From contig CAVYSY010000050.1 in assembly GCA_963771175.1 (NCBI GenBank), forward strand, positions 1 to 64,000: a stretch of DNA of 64,000 bases. The letters are read 5' to 3'. Numbering within the stretch: the first letter of the stretch is position 1; every line of letters begins with the position of its first letter. Of the stretch, positions 47,961 to 57,380 are shown in pieces. The translations under genes and the position numbers were made by a program. The notes under the pieces were generated by a model. It worked only from the letters and a program-made list of their open reading frames with translations, searched no databases and was not told where the DNA came from. The DNA is from an uncultured delta proteobacterium (GTDB lineage Bacteria > Myxococcota > Myxococcia > Myxococcales > Myxococcaceae).

Positions 47961-48049
47961 TGACTTCTGGACGTCCAGAAGCATCGCACATGCACTTACG
48001 ACGTGGGCGCACATGTGCATACATCACTTCTGGACGTCCAGAAGTGATG
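47961..48049. repeat. Pair of perfect palindromes CTTCTGGACGTCCAGAAG (right set)
   Basis: Cores at 47964-47981 and 48027-48044; the second extends to 28 bp (48022-48049). Confidence 0.95.
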
Positions 48050-48091
48050 CCACGAATGGGGGCAGTACCCGTCCAGGTGCTCCGTGTCCGT

Positions 48092-49073
48092 TCAGTCCTT
48101 TGCCGCGCCGCCGAGAATCCACGAGCGGATGCGCACGAGCTCGCCCGGGTGGGTGTCGAAGTGCGTGGGCTGCTTGCGCGGCATGCGGCTGCCGCAGCGC
48201 GTCCCGGAGAGCTTCATCACGAGCTCGGAGGCGTCCGGTTCCCCAGGTTGCACCCGTCGCGAACTCCTCGCAGGCCCGCGTCTCCGCCTTCACCCCGACG
48301 AGCGCCTCGTGGCTCCGGGCCGGCGACAGGTCCAGCCCGCCGCTCCTGCCATGACACCCGGTACACAGCGAGTCCCAGAGCACCTGGATGTCCTGGGCGT
48401 AGCGGGGCACCCGCACCGGCACCGGCACCGTCCGGCGCACCGGGGGGCCATGGCCATCCGACACGAGGACCTCGAAGGTGAAGGCCGTCTCGACGCCCAC
48501 CGCGGGCGAGAACCAGGAGACGCTCGCCCCCTCCGGCCCCGAGACGAAGGTGCCGGACGGCGCGGGCCCGACCTGATGCCAGACGTACGTGAGGGCATCT
48601 CCGTCCGGGTCACTCGCCCTCACCGAGAGCGTGAGGGTGTCTCCGGCCCTCGCCAGCGCGGGCGAGGCCACCGGCTCCCCGTCGAACACCGGCGCTCCAT
48701 TCCTCCGATTCGACGGAGGCTGGACCTTCACCTGGACCTCGGACTGCGTGGTGCCTCCGTTCGCGTCCGTCACGGTGACCTGCAGCGTGAAGGTCCGCGC
48801 CGACTTCACCACCGGGGCCAGCCAGGTGGGTGAGGGCGAGGAAGGATCGCTGAACGTCCCCGCGGGCGAGTCGGGAAGCTGCTTCCATGCGTAGGTGAGC
48901 GCCCCTCCGGCGGGGTCCACGGCTTGGATGGACAGCTTTACCGGTAGTGGACCCTCGACGAGACCGGGTCGAGCGGAGGGGCCCCGGAGGACGACCGGAG
49001 CGCCACATGCACAACAGATGAGGACACAGACGAGCGCGAGTCGTGCGACGACACGCTTCCCCGAAGACAGCAT
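48092..49073 (-). CDS. Secreted protein or lipoprotein with two PKD/Ig-like domains and a c-type cytochrome domain (frameshift near 48260)
   Basis: DP.G.ALTY.W.Q repeats; CTGCH; continues in another frame as VQPGEPDASELVMKL...RMP...IRSWI. Confidence 0.75.
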
Positions 49074-49216
49074 GGGCCACCCCCTCCCGGGTACCGCGTC
49101 ACGACAAACGGAAAGCTAGTCAGTGATGGCCACCGTGCATGACGCGAACTCCCGGTTGCTTGCCGCCCCGGGTCCGGTTTGAGTACGAGGCTCATTGGTC
49201 CTACTCTGGGGGAGTC

Positions 49217-49909
49217 ATGCTCACCGCCGTTCTCCTTGCCCTTCTGTGTTCGACTCCCGACGCCGCTCGCGCGACACTGCCACCGGAGGCGCTCGGTGCG
49301 CCCCCTCGGGCGGACGAGTCTCCAACTGCCTGGGCCTGCACGGTCGAGACCCTGCGGGCGGGCCGTGAATGTGTCTTCGAGGCGGAGGTGACTGCCTCCA
49401 CCTCCACCGATGTCCAGGCGCAGGCGGCCAGCAACATCCGCACGCTCAAGGAGATCGGTCACGCGCTGTGCGCGCAGGCCGCGAAGCCGCCCTCGGGAAT
49501 CGCGGGGGACAAGAACCTGGTGGCGCAGTGCGAGCGCAAGTACGCGGACACCTCGGAGGACGCGTGTGGCCTGGAGGGCAAGGTGCCCATCATCGACGCG
49601 AAGGGCCGCTTCGCGCCGGCCGCGCGCGCCTGCTACCGCCAGCTCTCCTCGGTGTTGCAGGACACCGCGATGATGGCGACGGTGGCCTCGGCGTGCTGCC
49701 AGTGCGCCGAGAAGCGTGGCTGCCCGAGCGCGGGTGAGCGTTGCCACGAGAACGTGTCGCGCCAGGATGTGGCCGGGACCGCGCTCGCGTGTCTGTCCAG
49801 CCAGTGCGGCGAGGCGTGTGCCCTGATGATGCCGGCGTCCCGTTCCATGGGGAGTGTCCGGCCCACGAAACAGGCTCGCGGGTCGGCGCGGGCCGATGGG
49901 TCGCTGTAA
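49217..49909 (+). CDS. Cys-rich secreted hypothetical protein
   Basis: Signal peptide, many Cys, GGAG RBS. Confidence 0.75.
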   Translation: MLTAVLLALLCSTPDAARATLPPEALGAPPRADESPTAWACTVETLRAGRECVFEAEVTASTSTDVQAQAASNIRTLKEIGHALCAQAAKPPSGIAGDKNLVAQCERKYADTSEDACGLEGKVPIIDAKGRFAPAARACYRQLSSVLQDTAMMATVASACCQCAEKRGCPSAGERCHENVSRQDVAGTALACLSSQCGEACALMMPASRSMGSVRPTKQARGSARADGSL

Positions 49910-49938
49910 TGGCGACCGGCGGGATGGAGCGAGGAACC

Positions 49939-50922
49939 ATGTCTACTCTCCAGAAGAGGTCGAGGTTCGCCGTGCACTCGAGCGCGGCCTTGCTGTGTGC
50001 GCTGGCCGTGATGGGTTGCGGCGCGTCGAGGCACACGCACCTGGTGGACGAGGGCGAGGCGATGCCGCCCGTGGCGGGGGAGCAACCCGCCCCCATGGTG
50101 AAGGAGGAGCCGCCGCCGCCCCCGGTGGAGCCCCGGATGTTCGGCTCGCGCTACGCGACGCCGGCGCAGTGCGAGGCCGCGGCGCGCAAGCTGCTGGCCG
50201 TGTCGCGTGACGGTGCATGGACGGCGCTGAAGTCCTGCGTGGACAGCACCCAGTTCAACTTCACGCTGCTGGGCGCGGTGCTGGGCAACGTCTGGGCCGA
50301 GGAGCTGCGGGTCCGCCCGGATGCCGCGCAGCTCATCGCCCAGGTGGTGGCCGAGCGCGGTGGCAGCGTGCAAGGCGAGCTCCCGCTGCTGCACGCGCGC
50401 AAGGTGCCCATCTTCGGGTTGCCGGCCGCCATCGCGCAGCCGGAGGTCTACAAGGGGCGCTACCTGCTGCTGCGCGCCCAGGTGGCGGACGTGCGCAGCG
50501 AGGGGGACAAGCCCACGGTATGGCTCGTCGAGCAGTCGCTGAGCTCGGTGGAGAGTGAGCAGCCGGTGGGCTACTCGACGCGGAAGGACTCGGTGACGGT
50601 CCACTCCGGCGCGGTGGGTGGCGACATGGGGATGCTGGGTCGCGCCAACCTGGGCGGGCAGCTCTCCTCCAGCCAGCGCGAGCAGAGCTCGACCACGCTG
50701 CGGCGCTTCGACAACGTCTCGGGTGAGACGGGCATCGAGGCCCTGGGTCGTCTGACCAGGCCGGATCCCTTCCTGGAGCCGGGCAAGGACTTCGTCGTGC
50801 TCGCGCGCTTCGATGGGATGCGGACCCTGTCCGGCGGCGACGAGGAGGACGAGGACGCGCCCAAGCTGCCGGTCGTCACCATCGTCAGCTACTACGCCCC
50901 GCATCCGCTCGTCGTGTACTGA
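49939..50922 (+). CDS. Hypothetical lipoprotein
   Basis: Lipobox-like AVMGC; GAGGA RBS. Confidence 0.75.
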   Translation: MSTLQKRSRFAVHSSAALLCALAVMGCGASRHTHLVDEGEAMPPVAGEQPAPMVKEEPPPPPVEPRMFGSRYATPAQCEAAARKLLAVSRDGAWTALKSCVDSTQFNFTLLGAVLGNVWAEELRVRPDAAQLIAQVVAERGGSVQGELPLLHARKVPIFGLPAAIAQPEVYKGRYLLLRAQVADVRSEGDKPTVWLVEQSLSSVESEQPVGYSTRKDSVTVHSGAVGGDMGMLGRANLGGQLSSSQREQSSTTLRRFDNVSGETGIEALGRLTRPDPFLEPGKDFVVLARFDGMRTLSGGDEEDEDAPKLPVVTIVSYYAPHPLVVY

Positions 50923-53488
50923 GCCGCACCGGGCGGGGGAGGGCGTAGCGGCGGAAGCTCCAGCGATTGAGGAGCTCGGCCGAGAGCAGATAGCCCACGA
51001 CCAACGCCGCCAGCGCTCCCAGCAGCGTGGGCGGCGGGGGCTCGAAGCCGAACCAGGTGCCCAGCGGCGTGTAGGGCAGCACGTTCGCCACCAGCACCAC
51101 CCCCAGCGAGCTGGCCACCAGCCATCGCGAGGGACGGCTGCGCAGGGGGTTGCGGCGGGTGCGGATGACGAAGATGACCAGCGCCTGCGTGGTGAGCGAC
51201 TCCATGAACCAGCCGGTCTGGAAGAGCGCTTCGCCCGCGTGGAAGAAGAGCAGCAGCACGCCGAAGGTGGCCGCGTCGAACACCGAGCTGAGCGTGCCGA
51301 GCACCGCCATGTAGCGCCGGACGAAGCGCAGGTCCCACCGGGTGGGCCGCTCCAGTTGCTCCGGATCCACCTCGTCCAGGGGGATGGCCAGCTCCGACAC
51401 GTCGTAGAGGAGGTTGTTGAGCAGGATTTGAATGGGGCGCATGGGGAGGAACGGCAGCAGCACCGACGCCCCGGCCATGCTCAGCATGTTGCCGAAGTTG
51501 GAGCTGGTCCCCATGCGGATGTACTTCATCACGTTGCCGAAACTGCGCCGGCCCTCGAGGACGCCGTCGTACAGCACGGCCAGGTCGTGGCGCAGCAGCA
51601 GCAGGTCCGCCGCCTCGCGCGCCACGTCCACCGCGCTGTCCACCGAGATGCCCACGTCCGCCGCGTGCAGTGAGGGCGCGTCGTTGATGCCATCGCCCAG
51701 GTAGCCCACCACGTGCCCGTGCCGGCGCAGCGCGCGGATGACGCGGCTCTTCTGCCCTGGAGAGACGCGGGCGAAGAGCGTGGTGCGCTCGGCGCGTATC
51801 TGGAGCGCGGGGTCGTCCAGCGTCCCTACCTCCGTGCCGGTGAGCACCCCCTCCACCTCCAGCCCGAGCTGGCGGCAGACGTGGAGCGCCACCCGCTCGT
51901 TGTCGCCCGTCACCACCTTCACCTTCACCCCCGCGCGGACGAGGGCCTCCAGCGCGGGCCGCGCGCTCGTCTTCGGCGGATCCAGGAAGGAGGCGAAGCC
52001 CGCGAAGACCAGCTCCGATTCATCTCCCAGGTGGGCCACCTGCATGTCGGGTGACTCCTCGCGCCACGCCACCGCCAGCACCCGGAAGCCCTCCGCTCCC
52101 AGTGCCTCGAAGCGCGCCCGCACCCGCGCCAGTGCCTCCGCGTCCAGTTCGCGCGGCGTCCCGTCCAGCTCGTACCAGGTGCAGTGGGCCAGCACGTCCT
52201 CGGGCGCCCCCTTCAGCACCAGCACCCGGCGGCCCTCGTGCTCCAGCAGCACGGACACCCGCCGACGCTCGAAGTCGAAGGGCACCTCGTCCACCTTGCG
52301 CCAGCCCCGGGCCTCCACCTCCGAGTGGGCGAGGATGGCCTCGTCCATGGGGCTGCGCAGCCCGGACTCGAAGTGGCTGTTGAGCCAGGCCCACCGCAGC
52401 ACCTGCTCGCTCTCGCGCCCCGAGGCGTCTTCGTGCCGCTCCAGGCGGATGCGGGCCTCGGTGAGGGTGCCTGTCTTGTCCGTGCACAGCACGTCCATGC
52501 TGCCCAGGTCGTGCACCGCGCTCAGCCGCTTGACGATGACCTGCCGCGCCGCCATCCGCATCGCCCCGCGCGCGAGCGTCACCGACATGACCATGGGCAG
52601 CAGCTCGGGCGTCAGCCCCACCGCCAGCGCCACCGCGAAGAGGAAGGACTCCAGGAGCGGCCGGTGTGCGTACACGGCCACCAGCAGCACGAAGAGCACC
52701 AGCAGCACCGTCAGCCGCATCAGCATCAGGCCGAAGTGGCGTGTGTCCCGCTCGAAGGCGGTGGAGGGCGCGGGTTCGGCGAGGGCGCGGGCGATGTCCC
52801 CCACCGTGGTGCGCGAGCCCGTGGCGAAGACGAGCACCCGCGCCGTGCCGCTGATGATGGAGGTGCCCATGAAGACGGCGTTGCGCGCCTCGGACGGCTC
52901 CGTCCCTGGAGGTGCATCTCCTGGTCGCTTCTCCACCGGGTAGGGCTCGCCGGTGAGCAGGGACTGGTTGACGAACAGGTCGCGCGCCTCCAGCAGCCGT
53001 GCGTCCGCCGGCACCAGGTTGCCCGCGGACAGCAGCACCACGTCGCCAGGGACGAGCTCCCGGGCTGGCACCTCCTGTTCGGTGCCGTCCCGAATCACGG
53101 TGGCCTTCAGGGCCACGGAGCTCCGCAACCGCTCCGCCGCGTTGTCCGCGCGCCGCTCCTGGACGAAGTCCAGCGTCACGCTCATCAGGACGATGCCGGC
53201 GATGATGGCGGAGCTCGTCAGCTCATGCGTGAGGAACGACACCACGCTGGCCACCAGCAGCACCAGCACGAGTGGATTGGCGAAGCGCGTGAGGAACTCC
53301 ACCCACGCCGGGCGTCGGGTGTACTGCTCCGGGGTGTTGGGCCCGTGGCTCGCGAGCCGCTCCCTGGCCTCGGCCCCCGACAGGCCCTCGGGCGAGCACG
53401 CCAGCCGCGACAGCAGGGCCTCTCGCGTCCCGCACCAGGCCGGCGGTTCCTCCAGCGATGATCCAACTTCGATAGAGCGCGGTGTCAC
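50885..53488 (-). CDS. mgtA: Magnesium-translocating P-type ATPase
   Basis: VGLTPELLPM, DKTGTLT, PFDFERRR, YLGDGINDAP, SSNFGN, NNLLYD.S, FQTGWF.ESL.TQ. Start approximate. Confidence 0.9.
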   Translation of the reverse strand: MTPRSIEVGSSLEEPPAWCGTREALLSRLACSPEGLSGAEARERLASHGPNTPEQYTRRPAWVEFLTRFANPLVLVLLVASVVSFLTHELTSSAIIAGIVLMSVTLDFVQERRADNAAERLRSSVALKATVIRDGTEQEVPARELVPGDVVLLSAGNLVPADARLLEARDLFVNQSLLTGEPYPVEKRPGDAPPGTEPSEARNAVFMGTSIISGTARVLVFATGSRTTVGDIARALAEPAPSTAFERDTRHFGLMLMRLTVLLVLFVLLVAVYAHRPLLESFLFAVALAVGLTPELLPMVMSVTLARGAMRMAARQVIVKRLSAVHDLGSMDVLCTDKTGTLTEARIRLERHEDASGRESEQVLRWAWLNSHFESGLRSPMDEAILAHSEVEARGWRKVDEVPFDFERRRVSVLLEHEGRRVLVLKGAPEDVLAHCTWYELDGTPRELDAEALARVRARFEALGAEGFRVLAVAWREESPDMQVAHLGDESELVFAGFASFLDPPKTSARPALEALVRAGVKVKVVTGDNERVALHVCRQLGLEVEGVLTGTEVGTLDDPALQIRAERTTLFARVSPGQKSRVIRALRRHGHVVGYLGDGINDAPSLHAADVGISVDSAVDVAREAADLLLLRHDLAVLYDGVLEGRRSFGNVMKYIRMGTSSNFGNMLSMAGASVLLPFLPMRPIQILLNNLLYDVSELAIPLDEVDPEQLERPTRWDLRFVRRYMAVLGTLSSVFDAATFGVLLLFFHAGEALFQTGWFMESLTTQALVIFVIRTRRNPLRSRPSRWLVASSLGVVLVANVLPYTPLGTWFGFEPPPPTLLGALAALVVGYLLSAELLNRWSFRRYALPRPVRLSTRRADAGRSS

Positions 53489-53525
53489 GGGCGTGCATGG
53501 GACCCAGGTGAGAGCGATGTGGCGC

Positions 53526-54581
53526 TCAGGGTCGGATGGCGACCTTGATGACGCCCTCGCGCCGCTCGCCGAAGAGCGCATAGGCGTCCCGGATGTCGTC
53601 GAGCTTGAAGCGATGCGTGAGCATTGGGGTGAGGTCCACCCGCTTGCTCCGCACCATCTCCATCAGCCGCCGCATGCGCTCCTTGCCGCCAGGGCACAGC
53701 GTGGTGACGATGTGGTGGTCACCCAGGCCGGCCGCGAAGGCGTCGTAGGGCACCTCCAGCTTCCCCGAGTACACGCCCAGGCTGGAGAGGATACCCCCGG
53801 GCCGCAGGCAGCGCAGCGCGGTCTCGAAGGTGCCCGGTGTCCCGAGCGCCTCGATGCTCACGTCCGCGCCGCCGCCGGTGAGCCGCTTCACCTCCCGCGC
53901 CACATCCACGTGGCGGTAGTCGAGCACCACGTCCACGCCCATGCGGCGCGCCATCTTCAGGCGGTTCTCGTCGCCGTCCACGCCGATGACCAGGGCCGCG
54001 CCCATGAGCCGCGCCCCGATGGAGGCGCACAACCCGATGGGCCCCTGAGCGAACACCACCACCGCGTCGCCGATGCGCACCTCGCCGGACTCCGCGCCGC
54101 TGAAGCCGGTGGAGGCGATGTCCGCCAGGAGGATCACCTGCTCGTCCGTCAGCTCGTCCGGGATGGGGGCCAGGTTGGCCTGGGCCGAGGGCACCCGCAC
54201 GTACTCGGCCTGGACGCCGTTCAGCGTATTGCCCAGCCGCCAGCCGCCGATCGCCTCGTGGCCGCCGCCGTGTCCGCACTGCGAGAGCTGCCCGGAGAGG
54301 CAGGCGCGGCACTGACCGCACGGAGTGATGGCGCCCACCAGGACCCGCTGCCCGGCTTGATAGCCCTCCACGCCGGGGCCCAGCTCCTCGATGACTCCCA
54401 CGAACTCGTGGCCGATGACGAGCCCCGGCTTCACCGGGTACTCGCCGCGTACGATGTGCAGGTCCGTGCCACAGATGGTGGTGAGCGTCATCCGCACCAC
54501 GGCCTCACCGGGGCCTGCCTTGGGACGCTCGACCTCTTCGATTCCAAACTGATTCACGCCGCGATAGACGTTGGCCCGCAT
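53526..54581 (-). CDS. Zinc-dependent alcohol dehydrogenase (MDR family)
   Basis: ICGTDLH, GHE, CGQCRAC...C, QGPIGL, TTLCPGGKERMRR. Confidence 0.93.
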   Translation of the reverse strand: MRANVYRGVNQFGIEEVERPKAGPGEAVVRMTLTTICGTDLHIVRGEYPVKPGLVIGHEFVGVIEELGPGVEGYQAGQRVLVGAITPCGQCRACLSGQLSQCGHGGGHEAIGGWRLGNTLNGVQAEYVRVPSAQANLAPIPDELTDEQVILLADIASTGFSGAESGEVRIGDAVVVFAQGPIGLCASIGARLMGAALVIGVDGDENRLKMARRMGVDVVLDYRHVDVAREVKRLTGGGADVSIEALGTPGTFETALRCLRPGGILSSLGVYSGKLEVPYDAFAAGLGDHHIVTTLCPGGKERMRRLMEMVRSKRVDLTPMLTHRFKLDDIRDAYALFGERREGVIKVAIRP

Positions 54582-54793
54582 GGCTCTCCGCCTCCTTGAT
54601 GAGCGGGGCACAGGATGACACTGTACCCCAGGGTCCCCATCCGTCCCGGGGGAGGAATCGCGGTCTTTCGCACAGAACCGGGCGCTGGCGGCGCATCGAG
54701 GGGCCCGCGAGCGCCCACCAACCCACAGCACGAGCGTGCCCGAGGGCATCGGGTCCAGGAAGTGGCACCGATGCCGTGAGGGAACCTCACCTC

Positions 54794-57166
54794 CTACCGC
54801 TGACGGCGGAGGTCTCGTGGGCGTCGGCCGGAGCGCAGCAGCCACAGCAGCAGCCCGGCCACCGCCATCGTGGTACCTGGAGCCGCGGCGCAGCCCGTGT
54901 CGCCGTCATCCACCAGGCTCGCCTCGTCCGCGGGCTCCGCCACGACCGGATCCTCCGCCGGGAGGTCCGGCGCGGGCAAGGCGACCGCCTCGGCCCTCAC
55001 GGTGTGTCCTCGCACCCGGAACTCGGTCTCGTTGACGCCGCTCTTGAGCGCCACCTTGCCGAGGTCATCGGTGGGCGGCGCGTCCGAGCGGAAGGCGAAG
55101 CGATCGGCCAGCAGCACCTCCGCGCCGCCCGGAGGTGTCACCCACACGCTGTACGTCTTCGCGTTCAGGTCCGTGCGCATGCGCACGTGGTACGTGGCAT
55201 TGGCCTCGTAGGGCTGGCTGACGAGCGCGGCGTATGCGCCTCCCCGGCGCACGTCGAAGAAGCCGCTCGGGTTCAGGCGGATGCCCATGGCCAGGCTGGC
55301 GTAGCCAGTGACGGTGGTAGAGGTGTCCGCGTAGCCGATGACGCCGTCGATGGGCCTGGCGAGCGGTATGACGTCGAACTCGACCACCCGCACGCCAGTG
55401 TTGCCGGTGCCCAGGTCATGCAGGCTCCCGGGCCAGCTCAGTGTCGAAGTCCATTCGACCACGCCGCCCTCGGGCCTCACGGTGTGGTTCTGCACCCGGA
55501 TCTCATTGTCGAAGTGACCGCTCTTGAGCGACACCTTGCCGAGGTCATCCGTGGCGGGTGCATCGGAGCGGAAGGCGAAGCGATCGGCCAGCAGCACCTC
55601 CGCGCCGCCCGGAGGTGTCACCCACACGCTGTACGTCTTCGCGTTCAGGTCCGCCCGCATGCGTACGTGGTACGTGGCATTGGCCTCGTAGGGCTGGCTG
55701 ACGAGCGCGGCGTATGCGCCTCCCCGGCGCACGTCGAAGAAGCCGCTCGGGTTCAGGCGGAGGCTCAGGGCCAGGCTGGCATAGGACGTGACGTTGGTGG
55801 AGGTGTCCGCGTAGCCGACGACGGTGTCGATGAACTTGCTCAGCGGTGTGACGTCGAACTCGACCACCTGCACGCCGGTGTTGCCGGTGCCCAGGGAACG
55901 CAGGCTCCTGGGGAAGTCGAGCGTCGAGTACCAGCCGCCCGCGGCCGCCAGCTTGAAGCGGATGACCGCCTCGACGAAGTAGTAGTCGCTGTAGATGAGG
56001 CTCTTGTCGACGTCCGAACCCGACGGCTTCTGCTGGTTCGGGTGGAACCCCACGCCGTGCAGGAGGATGCCGGGACTGGGGCTGCCCTCGGCCAGGTAGG
56101 CCGGGGAGCTGAGGGTGTCGAGCGTCGCGAGGGCCGCGCTCTGGTAGCGCTGGGCCACGGCCGGATCGGCGACGTAGGTGCTCAGCTCCTGGAGCGCCGA
56201 GGCGACGATGGCGGCGGCCGAGGAGTCCTTCTGTCGCGGCGCGGCGGGATCGAAGTCCCAGTTGGGGATGAAGTCCGCGGGCAGCCGATCCAGGTAGTAG
56301 TTGGTGACCCTCTGCGCGGCCTGCAACATGCGGGGGTCGCGCGTGTACCGGTACGCCATGGTGAAGCCGTAGATGGCCCAGGCCTGTCCTCGGGCCCAGG
56401 TGGAGTCCCTGGAGAACCCCTGGTACGTCCTCTTCCCGAGGAGGCGGCCCGAGGTGTCGTAGTCCACCACGTGGAAGGTGCCGCCGTCCGGGCGGACCAT
56501 GTCCGTGATCGTCTTCAGGGCATGGTTGAGCGCCAGGTTGCTCCAGTTGGCATCGCCCCCGTTCCGGGCCGCCCAGAAGAGCAGCTCCAGGTCCATCATC
56601 GTGTCCGTGACCATCGACACCTGCCAGGGCGGTGTCTCTCTCCAATCACAGCAGTCGATGATTCCCGCCGCGGTGTTGTAGCGCCGGGCCAGCGAGCCGG
56701 CGGCCGTCACCATCGTCTGCCGCAAGGTGTCGGTCCCCGTCAGCCGGTACGCGTTGCCGTAGCTGGTCATGAACTTGAAACCCAGGTCATGGGTCAGGTT
56801 GGTGACGAGGGGGTCGCTCTTCTGGTTGTCCAGGGCGAGCGTCCAGGCCTCCGCCTTGGTGCTCCAGAAGGGATCTCTCCCTGTCTGCTCGTACATGAAC
56901 CAGAGCAGGCCGGGGTAGAACCCCTGGGTCCAGCCAATCTTGTTGGTGCTGCTCTCGAAGGTCCACGTGCCGTCGGTGCTGGCCCTGGGAGACTGGGCCG
57001 TCGACATCTGAGGGTTCGAGGCCGTCCTGTTCAACTGTTGTCGAGAGAACGAGAGGACCCGATCCGCTGTCGCGTTGTCGAAGGCCCGGGCCGGAGCCGC
57101 TACCAGCACGCCAAGGCACGTCACCAGAATCCAGGTGAAAGATTTTTCTCGAGTCTTACCCACCAT
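54794..57166 (-). CDS. GH88 unsaturated glucuronyl hydrolase with two tandem C-terminal domains and MYXO-CTERM-like tail
   Basis: WTQGFYPG, HDLGF, DTMM, RPDGGTFH, STWARGQAW, KDSSAAAI, YSDYYFVEA; tail GCAAAPG-hydrophobic-RRPR. Confidence 0.9.
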   Translation of the reverse strand: MVGKTREKSFTWILVTCLGVLVAAPARAFDNATADRVLSFSRQQLNRTASNPQMSTAQSPRASTDGTWTFESSTNKIGWTQGFYPGLLWFMYEQTGRDPFWSTKAEAWTLALDNQKSDPLVTNLTHDLGFKFMTSYGNAYRLTGTDTLRQTMVTAAGSLARRYNTAAGIIDCCDWRETPPWQVSMVTDTMMDLELLFWAARNGGDANWSNLALNHALKTITDMVRPDGGTFHVVDYDTSGRLLGKRTYQGFSRDSTWARGQAWAIYGFTMAYRYTRDPRMLQAAQRVTNYYLDRLPADFIPNWDFDPAAPRQKDSSAAAIVASALQELSTYVADPAVAQRYQSAALATLDTLSSPAYLAEGSPSPGILLHGVGFHPNQQKPSGSDVDKSLIYSDYYFVEAVIRFKLAAAGGWYSTLDFPRSLRSLGTGNTGVQVVEFDVTPLSKFIDTVVGYADTSTNVTSYASLALSLRLNPSGFFDVRRGGAYAALVSQPYEANATYHVRMRADLNAKTYSVWVTPPGGAEVLLADRFAFRSDAPATDDLGKVSLKSGHFDNEIRVQNHTVRPEGGVVEWTSTLSWPGSLHDLGTGNTGVRVVEFDVIPLARPIDGVIGYADTSTTVTGYASLAMGIRLNPSGFFDVRRGGAYAALVSQPYEANATYHVRMRTDLNAKTYSVWVTPPGGAEVLLADRFAFRSDAPPTDDLGKVALKSGVNETEFRVRGHTVRAEAVALPAPDLPAEDPVVAEPADEASLVDDGDTGCAAAPGTTMAVAGLLLWLLRSGRRPRDLRRQR
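54990..55935. repeat. Intragenic tandem duplication, period 480 bp
   Basis: 55086-55281 versus 55566-55761 differ at about 3 positions; the flanks are more diverged. Confidence 0.9.
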
Positions 57167-57380
57167 GCACCTCCCCCTCCGCGTTGTGGCTTGGGGAAGA
57201 TGGGGCGTGTGTGCCAGAGGACCAGTGGCTCGGAGGGGGGGCTCCTACCCCCGGGCTGTCTGACTTCCAACTCCAGGGGAGTGGGCACGTTCAGGGTGCA
57301 ACGTCACCTTGATCCCGGGTCGGATCCACGCCGCCCTCCTGTGCTGCAATTGGCCGCATCCGCTGGACAGGGGAGTGGTC

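Noticed and set aside
45240..48049. Palindromic repeats as a CRISPR array
   Set aside because: Only two copies per site, fully palindromic, irregular spacing, and no cas genes in the window.
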